From Eledone cirrhosa (lineage: Eukaryota), in assembly GCA_964016885.1 (NCBI GenBank), contig OZ024744.1, positions 93,806,001 to 93,870,000 of the forward strand: 64,000 bases of DNA, written 5' to 3'. A program made the position numbers and the translations under genes. The notes beneath the pieces are model-generated. The model saw nothing but the letters and a program-made list of their open reading frames with translations, had not been told where the DNA came from and searched no databases. Below are positions 13,691-26,829 of the stretch, piece by piece (position 1 is the stretch's first letter; each line of letters begins with the position of its first letter).

Positions 13691-14681
13691 TGTTGTTTTT
13701 TTTTTAAATTGTTATTATCATGAGTGGTTCCTTAATGTGAGCATTGCGTGGCTTAAGAATGAAATTATTAATAATTGTCTCCACTCCAGGCACAAGGCCA
13801 GGATCACCCAGTGCATTACAATAATATAATATACTTTTTGCTGAAGTTGCCTGTTATTGTTGTTGGCTATGTCGGTGGTGGTGCTGGGGCTTTTTATATT
13901 GTTGGTGAGGAAGGGGGGTGCCAGCAGTGCCATAGTTGTTGATGATTGTTGACGTTTGGCCGGTGGCCAGGTCACTAAGTCAATCTATTTATATCTTTTG
14001 CTAGCCTCTCCCTTGTCTAGTGATACCGCCACCTTCCCCTTTCTTAAGTTAACAGGGGAATAGTGGTGGTAGCAATGAAGGAGTGGTGGCGGCGGTGATG
14101 GGATAGTGGTAGCAATGATGGATGGAGTGGTGGCGGCGGTGGCGTTGTCGTTACTGAGTTTTGTGATATGTAGTATCTATGAGTTTGTGTCGCGTATGTT
14201 TAATATATATTGTGTTGACATATTCCCGTAAAATTGGAATTAAACATTTTGTTAAAACTTGAGACAATAATAATAGTAATTATTATTATGATGCTGGGAT
14301 TGGTGGTGGTGGTGGGGAAATTGCCGTTATCTGGCTGTTATATTTAGTGTGATGGGGTAGGTGGTGTATCAAGTTTCTGGTGTTGGTGAAATTGCTGTTA
14401 TTTGGCTGTTCTATATAGTGTAGACAGAGGGTGTATTCTTCCATTTATAACCATTTTCTTTTTTGAATACAAAATATATAATACAAAATTGAATATTTGA
14501 GCGATATAACAATATAATATGGATCCGAAATTTTATGGGACTTGATTCGGTGGTTTATGCATCATTTGTACTAAGAATTGTTATTTCACAATTGATTTAA
14601 ATATGTTAAACATCAAAAACTTACGGGAGCGATTTCATGACCTTCTACCACCACGTGCGTCTTCTTCCCTTCTTCTTCTTC

Positions 14682-14728
<47 letters not shown>

Positions 14729-16747
14729 GTTATTGTTATTCCTTGAATCTCAGTCATTGATGTTGGTTAACTGGAAAGTCCGTTGGATTGAATATCAAGC
14801 CACTACCTGCAGCCTCAGATATTCAGAACGTATCGGAGGGTTCTTGCTGTTCCAAGCAAGCATGCCTTTTGAAGCGTTCCAAAAAGCGTGAAGGGGCCGA
14901 TTTTCTTTAACCATCCCTGGAAACTTTTGGAGATAGTCCCCAGTGCGCCTATGACAATCGGGATCACTTTGACTTCATGGCAGTTCCAAATCCTTTTCAC
15001 CTCCCACTTTAGGTCCTGGTATCGGTTAATTTTCTCCCTCTCCTTCTCTTGCACTCTCGTGTCGAACGGGGAGGCCACATCCACAATCAGGCACGATCTT
15101 TTTTCTTTGTCCACAACCACCAGGTCAGGTCTATTGTGTTCCAGTTTTTTGTCCGTCTGTATCCTAAAATCCCACAGCACCTTCACCTGATTGTTCTCCA
15201 TCACCGCCTCTGGCCTATGCTCATACCATTTCTCAGAATGTGGTAGATTGTTTACTTTGCACAGGTGCCAGTGAATCACCCTGCCCATCACATCGTGTCT
15301 CCAGCCCTTATAGTGGGTCTGGGCTAGGTGTTTACACTCGGACACAATGTGAGCCACAGTCTCCTCTCTCTCTCCACAGATCCTGCACAGTGGATATGGT
15401 GCTTCAACCACTTCGTTTTGAGGGCCTGCTCCTGCGCAGCCATTAGCATTCCTTCTGTAGCCTTTTTGAGGTCTCCTCTTCTCAACCAGTTCCATGTCTG
15501 TGGATCTCTAAATTCAGTTTTCTCAAAGAAGGTACTATGAAGGGATTTTCCCTTAAGGCTGCTCTTCCTCCTTGATGTTATTTCCTCCTTGGACATCCCC
15601 TGGCCTACTGTCCCCTCCTTCAGTACAGTTCTGAGCATTGGCTCCTTACTATAGGTCACGTATTTGTATAGGTTGTTTTTCTCCATCTGAACACAGTCCT
15701 CTATGCTGATAAGACCTCTTCCACCCTCAGATCTCCTTAGGTAGAGTCTATCGACATCACTCCTCTTGTGGAACATGTTGTAGATAGTCAATAGTTTCCT
15801 AGTCTTCCTATCCATTTCTTTTTGTTCAGCAACATTCCATCTCAGAATTCCCGCACTGTACCTAATAATAGACACAGCTCGGGAATTTACTGCGCTTATG
15901 GCATTTCTGCTGTTCAGATGTGACTTCAATACGCTCCTTACTCTCCGAATGTATTCAGTTCTTAACAATTCCTTCATTTTTTTGTTCTTTATGCCATCAG
16001 CCTCCAGAACGTCCAAATACTTGTATCCTTCCTCAGAGTCAATTTCCTTTATCATCTCACCTGTTGGTATCTGGATCCCGTTACTTTTGCTCAACCTACC
16101 CCTCTTCATCACAATGACTCCACATTTACCAATACCAAACTGCATACATATATCACTGCTGAAAATACGGACAGTGTCAACAAGCACATCCAACTCCTTC
16201 TCACTTTTCCCGAAGAGCTTAAGATCGTCCATGAAGAGGAGGTGATTGATGGTAAGCTCTCCCCTTCCCAACTTGTATCCTGCTCTCACTTTTCGCAGCA
16301 TAATGGTCAAGGGCATCAGGGCAAGGACAAACAACAGAGGGGACAGGCTATCTCCCTGGAAGATACCTCTCTTGATCTTCACGCTTCCCAAGGATACTCC
16401 AGTTAATGTCAGCTCTGTCTCCCAGGACCCCATACTCCTGCCTAGCAACTGTCTGATGTTATCCGCCACCCTGAAGATCTCCAGGCTTTTGGTGATCCAG
16501 GAATGAGGCACCATGTCAAATGCCTTTCTGTAGTCTATCCATCCCATGGCAAGATCAGTGTGTCTCCTCCTGCAATTCCCCATTACCATCTTATCAATAA
16601 GCAACTGGTCCTTTGTACCACGTGACTTCTTTCGGCATCCTTTCTGTTCGTCCGGTAACAAGTTGTTTGTGTGGAGGTGATGGTAGATTTCCTCAGACAC
16701 AATGCTCGTCAACAGTTTCCACATTACGGGCAGACATGTGATAGGTC

Positions 16748-16748
<1 letters not shown>
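14682..16748 (-). mobile_element. R4/Dong LINE, 5'-truncated
   Basis: ORFs 15324-16724 ([14 protein letters not shown]) and 14815-15495 (CRIC..H..C, RPD). (TTA)n on both sides. Confidence 0.93.
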
Positions 16749-16817
<69 letters not shown>

Positions 16818-18200
16818 GTTCTTTGAGTCTCAGTCATTGGTGTTATTTAACTGGAAAGTTTGTTGAAATGAATATAAAGCCGCTACCTGCAGCCTCAGAT
16901 ATTCAGGACGTATCGGAGGGTTCTTGCTGTTCCCAGCAAGCATGCCTTTTGAAGTGTTCCAAAAAAGGAGGCTGGACTAATGTTCTTTAACCATCCTTGG
17001 AAACCCTTCGAGATAGTACCTAGTGCTCCTATGACAATTGAGACGACCTTGATCTCATGACAATCCCAAATCCTTCTTAATTCCCACTTTAAGTCCTGGT
17101 ATCGGTTAATTTTCTCCATCTCCCTTTCTTGCACTCTTGTGTCAAAGGTGCATAGCTCTTTCATTTGATCGTTTTCTATCACCGACTCCGGCCATACTAC
17201 TTCTCAGAATGTGGTAAATTATGTGAGCCACAGTCTCCTCTCTCTTTCCACAGATCCTACACAGTGAGCTAGCCTTTTCCTTGTAAATATGGTGTTTCAC
17301 CCACTTCATTCTGAGGGCTTGCTCTTGCGCAGCCATTAGCATTCCTTCTGTAGCTTTTTTAAGGTCACCTCTTTTTAATCAGCTCCATGTCTATGGATCT
17401 CTGAATTCAGTTTTCTTAAAAAAGGTGCTATGAAGGGATTTTTCCTCTTAGTTGTTATTTCCTCCTTGGACACCCCCTGGTCTATTGTCTTCTCCTTCAG
17501 TACAATTTTGAGTATTGGCTCCCTACTCTCAGACACATATTAGTGCAGACTGCTTTTCTCCATCTGAACACAGTCCTCTATGCTGATAAGACCTATTCCA
17601 ACTTCAGATCTCTTTAAGTAGAGTCTATCAACATCACTCCTCTTGTGGGATATGCTATAGGTAGTCATTAGCTTCCTAGTTTTTCTATCCATTTCTTTTC
17701 CATTTCTTTTTGTTCAGCAACATTCCGTTTCAGAATTCCCGCACAGTACCTAATAATAGACACAGCTCGAGAATTCACTGCCCTTATGACATTCCTACTA
17801 TTTAGATGTGATTTTAGTATGTTCCTTATTCTCCTTATGTATTCAGATCTTGTCAATTCCTTCATTTTATTGTTCTTGATGTCATCAGCCTCCAGAACAC
17901 CTTACTATTTGTATCCCTCTTCAGTGTTGATTTCCTTTATCATCTCAACTGGTGGTACCTGGATTCCGTTGCTTCTGTTCAATTTACCCCTCTTCATCAC
18001 TAGGAATCTATACTTATTAATACCAAATTCCATACATATATCATTGCTGAAAATACGGACAGTGTCAACAAGTACTTCCAACTCCTTCTCGCTTACCCCA
18101 AAGAGTTTTAAATCATCCATGAAGAGGAGGTGGTTGATGGTAAGCTCTCCTCTTTCCAGATTGTATCTTGCTTTTACTCTGCTTTCACCTTTTGAAATAT
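16749..18200 (-). mobile_element. R4/Dong LINE, 5'-truncated, decayed
   Basis: [16 protein letters not shown] and LQKACLLGTA pieces; (TTA)n at the 3' end; internal deletion at ~17150-17220. Confidence 0.9.
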
Positions 18201-18265
18201 GAGGGACAAACTATATTTGGGGATGGTCATGTTGGCAGTATTGCCAATACAAAGAAATTTTGCAG

Positions 18266-18348
<83 letters not shown>

Positions 18349-18550
18349 TTAAGTTTGGTGGTTTAACACAGGATAGAAATTGGATAGAACACTAGTCATT
18401 CTGTATCGTTAACCATGATGTAATAGAATGAAAACGCACTCAACGTTATGCAATTCATCCATCTTTGATGTTGAATCCTGTAGGTGGTGTTGATTAAAAT
18501 TGCAGAAGGCTGGACTATTGAAGTTCCCTTAACGTTTTATTGTTACAAAA

Positions 18551-18610
18551 ACACTATATACATATTTCAACGGCCAGGTTATGTAAATTCCTGATGACAT
18601 CATCAGGTGT
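18551..18610 (-). ncRNA. Type I minimal hammerhead ribozyme in a Penelope-like pLTR remnant (~18350-18620)
   Basis: Minus strand reads ACAC-CTGATGA-stem II-GAAA-TATGTATA-TA-GTGT. Homologous to 36811-36868, with compensatory stem I/III changes. Confidence 0.65.
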
Positions 18611-18649
18611 GTATTGCATAGTTAGTTACCCAATCCGAATGACAGGCTT

Positions 18650-18790
18650 GTCAATGCAAGACACGCTCACGAGCATCACCTGACACATCAGTAAGGTGAG
18701 CTGCTAGTGAAGACAAGAACTTCGCTGTCAGAGGCTAACTCCACCGAACGTCTCGAATGCCACAGGCAGGAAAAAATAATTGTTTGATAA
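18650..18790 (-). mobile_element. CRE-clade LINE 3' (RLE) fragment
   Basis: YFFLPVAFETFGG resembles PLAVQTSGVLG of the element at 27707. Confidence 0.55.
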
Positions 18791-18893
18791 GTTGTTGTTG
18801 TTGTTCTTGTTCTTTTTCTTTTTCTTCTTCTTCTTCTTCTTCTTCTTCTTCTTCTTCTTCTTCTTCTTCTTCTTCTTCTTCTTCTTCTTCTTC

Positions 18894-18967
<74 letters not shown>

Positions 18968-19008
18968 CTGATGCATGTATTTATCTACGAAGCCATACTA
19001 TATTTTGT

Positions 19009-19045
<37 letters not shown>
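18790..19045. repeat. (GTT)/(CTT)n/(GAT)n/poly-T microsatellites
   Basis: Read directly from the sequence. Confidence 0.95.
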
Positions 19046-19046
<1 letters not shown>

Positions 19047-19274
19047 TATTTAAAAAAATATATATCTCATGACGGAGATCTTACTGATCAGAACTTAGTT
19101 TATACAAACATGAAATAAACACTGTTCTTTAGTTGTATAAGTGAAGGGTTCCAGCTGCTAATGTTTGCATTTGATATATAAACAGTTAAACCAAATTTAT
19201 CTTTCAAATTACCATTGCCCATGGAATAATGGTAGCACTAAGTGGACGTAAAATGATGATGATGATGATATATA

Positions 19275-21870
19275 TCATCATCATCATCATCGTTTAACGT
19301 CCATCTTCCACGCTTGCATGGGTTTGGACGGGAGTTTCCCCACTTGAGCAAGAGTGGTTGTCTTGCTCGCATAGGACTGTCTGGCGGGTTTTCTACGGCT
19401 GGATGCCCTTCCTAACACCAACCACATTTACAGTGTGGAACTGGGAGGTTTTTACCGTGTTACCTACATGGCCACATTACAGTGTGGACTGTGTGTTTTT
19501 TTGTCGTGACACCTACACGACCTCATTTGTTTCGGACTGGATGTTGTGGTACCAACATAACTTTACATTGAAAGGGGTGGTGTGGATGGGGTGGGGGTAG
19601 TCGGACGGGGGTGTATTTTTGTTAGAGGTGCCTACTGACTGGTAGGTTTCACTTTGTACTTAGGTAAGGCGGGTCTTCTGTATTACTGTGTAGCGCCAAA
19701 GATCTCTGTCCAGTGACATTGTCTTGGAGAGGTGTAAGTGTGTGAGGTCGGAATTTATCAAGTCGTCCCAGGTTTTTCTGGGTCTGCCTACTCCGTGGCT
19801 ACCATCTATTTTTATTGCCCTGCACTTTTTTATACAGCTGTCGTCTTTCATGCGCATCACATGACCATACCAACGTAGTCTTCCCTCGAGTAAACAACAT
19901 CTGATCCCTCTTATTTCTAATTTTCCCCTTAGTTCGTTTATGCTTTGCCGTTCACGTATATTACTATTACACATCCAGCGGAGCATGCAAGCTTCGTTCC
20001 TCTCCAGTCTGCGTATATCCTCTGCACACAATGCCCAGGTCTCACTGCCATGCAACATTGCTGTTCGTATGCAGGCATCATACAGCCTACCTTTCATTTT
20101 TAGAGAAAACCCTTTAGCGGCCAATAGTGGTATAAGCTCTCTGAACTTTTTCCATCCAGTTTTGACTCTAGCTACTGTACTTTCAGAGCACCCTCCACCA
20201 CTGCTGATTTTGTCACCCAGGTAACGGAAGCTGTCCACTATTTCTATAGAACCATCTGTGCAATGGAATGAGCTAGTATTCTGTGGGCACTTGCTGCTAC
20301 TTATTGCACCAGAGCACCGGCCACATATAAAATATATATTCTTAGTTAGCTTACCTGTGATCCCACTACATCTTTTATGCACCCATACTTTGCATTTGGG
20401 ACATAAAATGGAGTTTCTGCCTACTCCTTTCCTACACACTGAGCATAGCTTCTAGCTTCCCTCCTAGCTTCCCTCCTGGCCACTTGATAGTCTTCTCTAT
20501 TTCCCCCATCCCGCCATACTTTCCAAGCCTTCTTTTTGGCCTTAATTGACTCCTCCACCTTACTGTTCCACCACCACGTTACTCTCCTCCTACCTATAGG
20601 CCTGCTCCAGCCACAGACTTCATCTGCCGCCATCAGCAGGTTTGCTTTCAGGAATTCCCACTGTTCCTCTATATTGTACGACTCTAATTGCTCTTCCTTA
20701 CTGTCGAAAGCATCAAGTAATATGCTTTTAAATTTATTACTGGCTGTGGGGTCCTTTAGCTTCCATATTTTTCTCCTGGGGATAGTCCTCTTCTGTTGTC
20801 GAGAACGTCTCGTCCTGACTTTGAGGTCGCTAATTATGAGTCTATGTTGAGAGGTGCATTCTTCATGGGGGAGGGATTTAGTGTTTACAACAGACACTCT
20901 GTCACGTCTTCTGGTAAAGATATAATCTACCAGGCTGGTATGTTCCCTTGATCTGTAGGTGATCAAGTGATTGTCTCGCTTTTTGAAGTTAGTGTTACAG
21001 ATAGTTAGGTTATTTGCGTCACAGAATTCCAGGATTCTGGAGCCTTCCTCATTTCTAGTACCAAACCCATAACCTCCATGGATTCCGTCATAGCCGTCAC
21101 AATGTTGTCCAACGTGACCATTTAGGTCGCCAGCAATAATTATATAGTCACTGTCGGTTATTTGGGAGGTAGTGAGCATCAGTGTCTCATAGAATCTGTC
21201 TTTTATAGTGCCAGGCAGTCCGGATTGGGGTGCGTACGCAGATATTACTGTCACAGTAGTTCTATTTAGAACAAGTCTTATTTAAATTATTCTGTCGTTC
21301 ACTCTATTTACGTCTATTATCTTATCCACCCATTTTTCTGCTAACATGATTCCTACCCCACCCAGCCCATTGTCATTTCCAACCCAGAGAAGCTTATAAC
21401 ATCGTTTTTTACCCACAATGAATCTAGTAGATCCGCCCCTCCACCTGGTCTCTTGGATACAGCAAACATCAACCTCCTTACGTTCAAGCATTTCTACAAC
21501 CTTGTTAGAGCGACCTTTTAAGGTGCCTACATTCATGGTACCAACTCTGAAGTTTTGGATTGCGTTTGGTGGGTGGGACGCGGGGAGGGGTGAGGGGGAT
21601 GGTGTTGGGGTTATGTTGGCCATCCGTGGCCGAAACAAAGAGGAGGAGTCCTTGCCCTTTCGTCCGGCAGCATGAGGTGAATTTGTCGTTATCTTTGGCA
21701 TTGTCTCTGAGTGTCCAGCTTCTTCAGACTCTCCAGAATTCCTTAGTCCATCCATCATATCGAAAAGCAACCAGAAGTGATAGTATAGGTCGCTGACTTA
21801 TGATTGGTCCTAATAATAATGGTGGAGAGTGGGGGCGGGCGGGAGGGGTATGGGGTAGTTAGCGAGGAGA
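19275..21870 (-). mobile_element. RTE-clade LINE with the RT core internally deleted
   Basis: APE (GTMNVGTL, CIQET, GDLNGH, VDY, SQH) joins directly at ~20445 to the Cys finger/thumb region. (GAT)n tail. Confidence 0.92.
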
Positions 21871-21934
21871 AGGTTTTAAATAAAGCATATAACAGTAACA
21901 AGCGATATACTGGGATAAGGTTTTAAATAAAGCA

Positions 21935-22423
21935 TATATATATATATATAAAACTGAGGATGTCTGTCTGTGTGTGTGTCTGAGTTTGAATCCCTAAAAC
22001 TCAAGAAATACCCAACCGATTTTTTTTCAAACTTTACATGTGTTTTACTTGTTTCAGGGAGTGTTATGCACATAAAATTCAACTTTTTGATCCCCTAGGG
22101 CTCGCATTAGGTGAAAAACTTCATTTTTTCAGCTTTTTAGGGCTTTTTTTAGGGGTTACGTCTAGCCGATTATCCAGAAATTTCAAGGCATATTATGCAC
22201 ATAAAAAAAATTCATTTTCTTGATCCCCTAGGCCCAGCATTAGGTGAAAACCTGCATTTTTTCTGCTTCATCGAGGAGAATCTTAAAGATTATCCAGCCA
22301 TCAGAGTATTTGGTTTATTTTCTTTACATATTGTCCAGGCATGCAGTTTTTCCACAATTAGGTCTGTTGGCAGCCCACGTTCCAAAATACCTTATCCCGT
22401 GCAATGCTGGGTACCACTGCTAG
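21935..22423 (+). mobile_element. Non-autonomous Helitron
   Basis: 5' TATATAAAA..GTCTGTCTGTGTG microsatellite head; 3' GC-rich hairpin CCCGTGCAATGCTGGG followed by CTAG|T. Confidence 0.7.
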
Positions 22424-22468
22424 TATAAAATAAAATGAAATAAAGAAAAACAATGTATATGTGTATAA

Positions 22469-22705
22469 TCATCATCATCATCATCATCACTGTTTAACAT
22501 CCATTTTTCTATGCTGGCTTAGGTTAGATGAGTCATCCTGTGAGCAATACCAGGTCAGGTGACCATGTCTTGCTCATACAGAACCGATTTTGACTTGGTT
22601 TCTACAACTGGATGTTCTTCCTAATGCCAACCACTTTACAGTGTGGGCTGGGTGCTTTTTGTTGTGTTGCCATCACAACAACTTTACAATGTTGGCTGGA
22701 AGCTT
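22469..22705 (-). mobile_element. RTE/SINE 3' tail fragment
   Basis: (CAT)n plus TTTCTACAACTGGATG..CTTCCTAATGCCAACCAC, shared with the other RTE tails. Confidence 0.8.
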
Positions 22706-22805
<100 letters not shown>

Positions 22806-22907
22806 TGCAGTGCTGAGACAGTGGGAGATGCAGAGTGGGTATATAGATATGAAAAATCCTGACCGGTTTGTGCCACAAGTGGGATTTTACATCTCTCTCT
22901 CTCTCTA

Positions 22908-25900
22908 TTGAAAACCGAAGGGGAAACTTTTTCGAACTGTGTAGACAAACCTAATTTAAAGATGATTAGGGTCCCTACGGAAACCTATAAGTCTTTAAAG
23001 GAAAACTTTCCTAAGGACGTGGGTAATCCTTGTGTTAAACCCATTAACCCCATCCTTTTAAAAAGTTTCCCCACCCTCACCACAGACACACCCACCCAGA
23101 CACCCTCACCCTACCAAACATCTCCGTCCCCACCCCGCCGGAAACCACCACCCACCCAGACAACTCCTCTAACACCCCCATGGAAACCGTGCGGCCTGAT
23201 CCCCGGGAGACGAAGAGGTGAGTATTTTCTTCTCCTCTTTTAACTTTTCAGAACCAACATGGCCAATATAAGAGTTGAGTGTGTGAATGTACGCGGCCTG
23301 GGGATGCCCTGGAAACAGGGCAAACTCTTAAACGACCTCAGGTCGCATGTAATGGATGTAATAGCCATTTGCGAGTCCAGGATCCACAGCGAGCATCAGC
23401 TGGCCCCCATCGACTGGTGGTCCTAGACGTTGACGGTAGTGAAGGTGGAGCCTTCAAGCTGGTGGCCGCATATGCCCCATCCGGGACACCGCGGCCAGAC
23501 TTCTTCAAACGTCTAGAGACTTTTCTGGGAACGTCCCGATCCTTGCTTTTAGTGGGGGACTGGAATAGAATCCTAAATGCACGTTGGGACTATGTGGGAG
23601 CATGTCCCGATAAAGGGGGGTTTAACATCCTCAAACAGTTAATCGGCCGATTTGACTTGGCCAATAGATATCGACTAAATTTTCCGACTGTGCCACTGTG
23701 GACGTAGACTAATCTCAGCGGAACATCTATATCGTACCTAGATAGGGTTCTATTTAGAAATAAGGATAGGGACATGTTAAGCTGTCCACAAATGTTCATG
23801 GTTGCCTATTCAGATCACAAACTAGTGACCTGCATGGTCAACCTTCATAGAACCCACAGACAAGGACCCGGCTACTGGAAGCTGAACTTGTCGTTACCGA
23901 CATGCAAAGCCTACAGAAGACGGATTAGCACTTTAGTTAAACAGCACTAGACAGGAGCCATTGTCAACAACAGATAGTGATACTCTCTCAAGAGGGCTGT
24001 TAGATTAGACTCGTTAGTTTTTAGTAAAGAATTAGCGTTAGATAGAAATAGAACCGAGAAAGAACTGGTAGATAAAGTAGAAGAGGCAATTAGAAGTGGA
24101 AACGTAGCCAGCGTGCTAGCAACGAGAACGGCCTTGGACCAGTTCTTCGACGCAAAGCATGAGGGCTGCGTTGTCAGGAGCAAAATACGTGCTCTGGGAA
24201 ACGAGGGAGCCAAAGCTGTTAGCTGGGCCCGAGTGACGGAGGGAAAAAGTGGCAACAAGTCCACGATTCGGTCTTTGAAGGACCAAAACGGACGCGTGAT
24301 AGGTGAGCCGAAGCAGATGTGTGCGGCCTTTCAGCGGCACTTTGCTCAGCTGTTCGGGCAGGGCGGCGCGCCGGGAGAGGCTATGGATTTCGGTCCATAC
24401 CTCGACGGCCTACCGCGACTCTCGGACAGCGAGGCAAAGTTCTGCGAAAAGCCGATTTCAGCCGCTGAGATAGGAGACGCGTTGTGCCAATGCGGCAAAC
24501 GCAAATCTCCAGGTCTCGACGGTCTACCCTACGAATTTTACGTAGCAATGCCGGACTTATTCTCCGGTCTCCTGGAAGCGGTCTACTGCAACTGGCAACA
24601 GAACGGGAGAATTCCCAGTTCTGTGACCGAGGGCGTAGTAACACTAGTCAGGAAGGACGAGAATAAGGGGGATGACATAGGCAACTTCCAGCCCATAACT
24701 CTGCTAAACACAGAGTTACAGATTTTGGCCAAGGTGTTGGCAAAGAGGCTGGCGCTTGTCGTCAAAAACCTGGTGGGAGAAGCGCAGACATGCGCAATCC
24801 CGACCAGGTCCATACACAACAACCTCCACCTCATGCGATACATCATAGAGAGGGTAGGGTGTAAACCCGGCTTCGGTGGGGCCCTGATCAACTTGGACCA
24901 GTCTAAGGCTTTCGATAGGGTTGACCATCGTTACCTGGATGCGGTGCTCGAGGCGGCAGGCTTCGGACCCGTATTCAGGGGCTGGATTGCTGCAATGCAT
25001 AACAGCAACATCTGCTCAAGGGTCAATGTGAACGGCTACCTCTCGGAGCCGTTCCATATCACGTGATCCATTCGACAGGGATGTCCTCTCTCCTCCCTTC
25101 TGTACGTACTGACTCTCGAGCCACTACTGAAGGAGTTGGAGCTATTTCAGGGCATCCCTCTGGAACCGGGACTGCGGAAAGCGGCGTCGGCCTACGCCGA
25201 CGACGTGACAGTAATGGTGTCGAACGCCTCGCAAATCGAGAAAGTCGGCACCTTACTGAAGGAATACGAAAGGTTCACAGGGGCGAAGCTGAACCGGGAC
25301 AAGTCTATCGGTTTGCAATTCGGATCGTGGAGAGGCAAACCGATGCCTTCCGATGGCGTCGTCGGACGCTGGACGGAAGGACCAGTAAATCTGCTCGGGG
25401 TCTGGTTTGGTCCGGACCTCCAGGTGGAGAAGAACTGGAACGAGGTGTCGGCCAAGGTGTTTGCACTCACCCAGAAGTGGGCCGAGTGCAAACTATCATT
25501 GAAGGGTCAAGCGGAGGTGGCGAACACTTTTATAGCGTCCGCCATCTACTACCGCTTGACCGTCGTGCCTTGTCCAGCCAAAACGCTCGCCAAAATGGAG
25601 CGCGCGCTCTTCCAATTCCTTTAGAAGAAACGGGCTCCTTTGGTGCGAAGATCCATCTGCTGCCAACGCCCTTCCAACGGAGGGCTGGGGATGCCGTGGC
25701 TGACGATGCGCAAACACGCGCTCAGGCTGCGGCATCTCTACGTATTCCTCACCGGACAACCGGTGTGGGCCCCGTTCGTGAGGTGAGCCTTCCCACAACT
25801 CGTCTCGCTGACCGAGCTGCAGTCCTGGGTCAAGCAAAGACCGAGGAAAATGGGCGACTGGCACATCGAATGTGCTCAGGCGCTCACAGCCCTCCGGCAG

Positions 25901-26813
25901 GCGGACCCGGCGATCAGTGGAAACTCCACTTCGTCATTCTATAGAGGGTTGGTCCGCAGCAAATGCGACGACGCGCTCGGTGAAACTCTGGGCGTAGAGG
26001 AAGACGAACTGGCCAGTCTGTTCGGTAGGACCTTCCGCCCGGGACCGATGGACAACTTTCAAAAGTCCCTGGCCTGGCAGTGCTACCGAGGAGCTCTACC
26101 AGTTCGAGACAAGCTCTACAGACATGGGCGCCCGGGCAGGGACCCTGCAAAAAAGATCTGTCCGAGGTGCGTACGAGACGAAGAAACCGTCGCGCTCGCA
26201 TTCATACACTGCCCGGGCGTCACCGACCTGTGGGGCTATGTAGAACGACTATTGTCGCGGGTGGGACCAATCCGGTTGACCACCGAGTCCATTGTCATGA
26301 TCAAACCGCCACCCTCCTTCAAAAACGAAGGCGAGGCGGTTTTCCTTTGTGTGATAGCTATGGCGAAAGAGGTTGTATGGTGGACAAGGTTGAAAGGGCT
26401 GAGGTCAGACACCTTTCTCTCCGGCCAACAACTGATTCTTTTTTTCAAATACCACTTTAGAAGAAGAATCAGGATGGAGAGAGAGGTGCTGTACCCCAGC
26501 AAGCTTTATGAAAGGTGGGTGAAAGTGGCGAGAATGGCCCGAGTGAATGGGCCTTCTCTCTATATCAGCCTGTAGGTTGAGGAAAAAGAGGAGGAGAGGA
26601 AAGGAGTACAAACTCTTCGTACTCCTGGAGATGAGGGTTGCACATTTTTTCGGGGGTATGTATTACCCATATGAACTGTCTCCCCCTATTGGGGAAAATC
26701 GACTAATTTTTAAATTACATTTGTGATAATATTTTACACGTTTTTATTGTATGTAAACTTCCTCCTTTGTATTTGTCCCCTTCTTTTGTGCCCCTGTGGC
26801 TAATAAAGAAACA
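22908..26813 (+). mobile_element. Tx1/L1-clade LINE, copy 3 (ORF1 end + decayed ORF2)
   Basis: ORF1 C-terminus 22908-23243; ORF2 ATG at 23259; RT YADD at ~25193; CPRC motif. Ends GCCCCTGTGGCTAATAAAGAAAC. Confidence 0.93.
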
Positions 26814-26829
26814 TATCTATCTAACTATA

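Noticed and set aside
13830-14420. Possible decayed ORF1-like low-complexity sequence on the minus strand
   Set aside because: No diagnostic motif; it cannot be assigned.
19047-19120. Terminal coding exon after poly-T/AG (YLKKY..VYTNMK*)
   Set aside because: Short, with no recognisable homology and no supported upstream exon.
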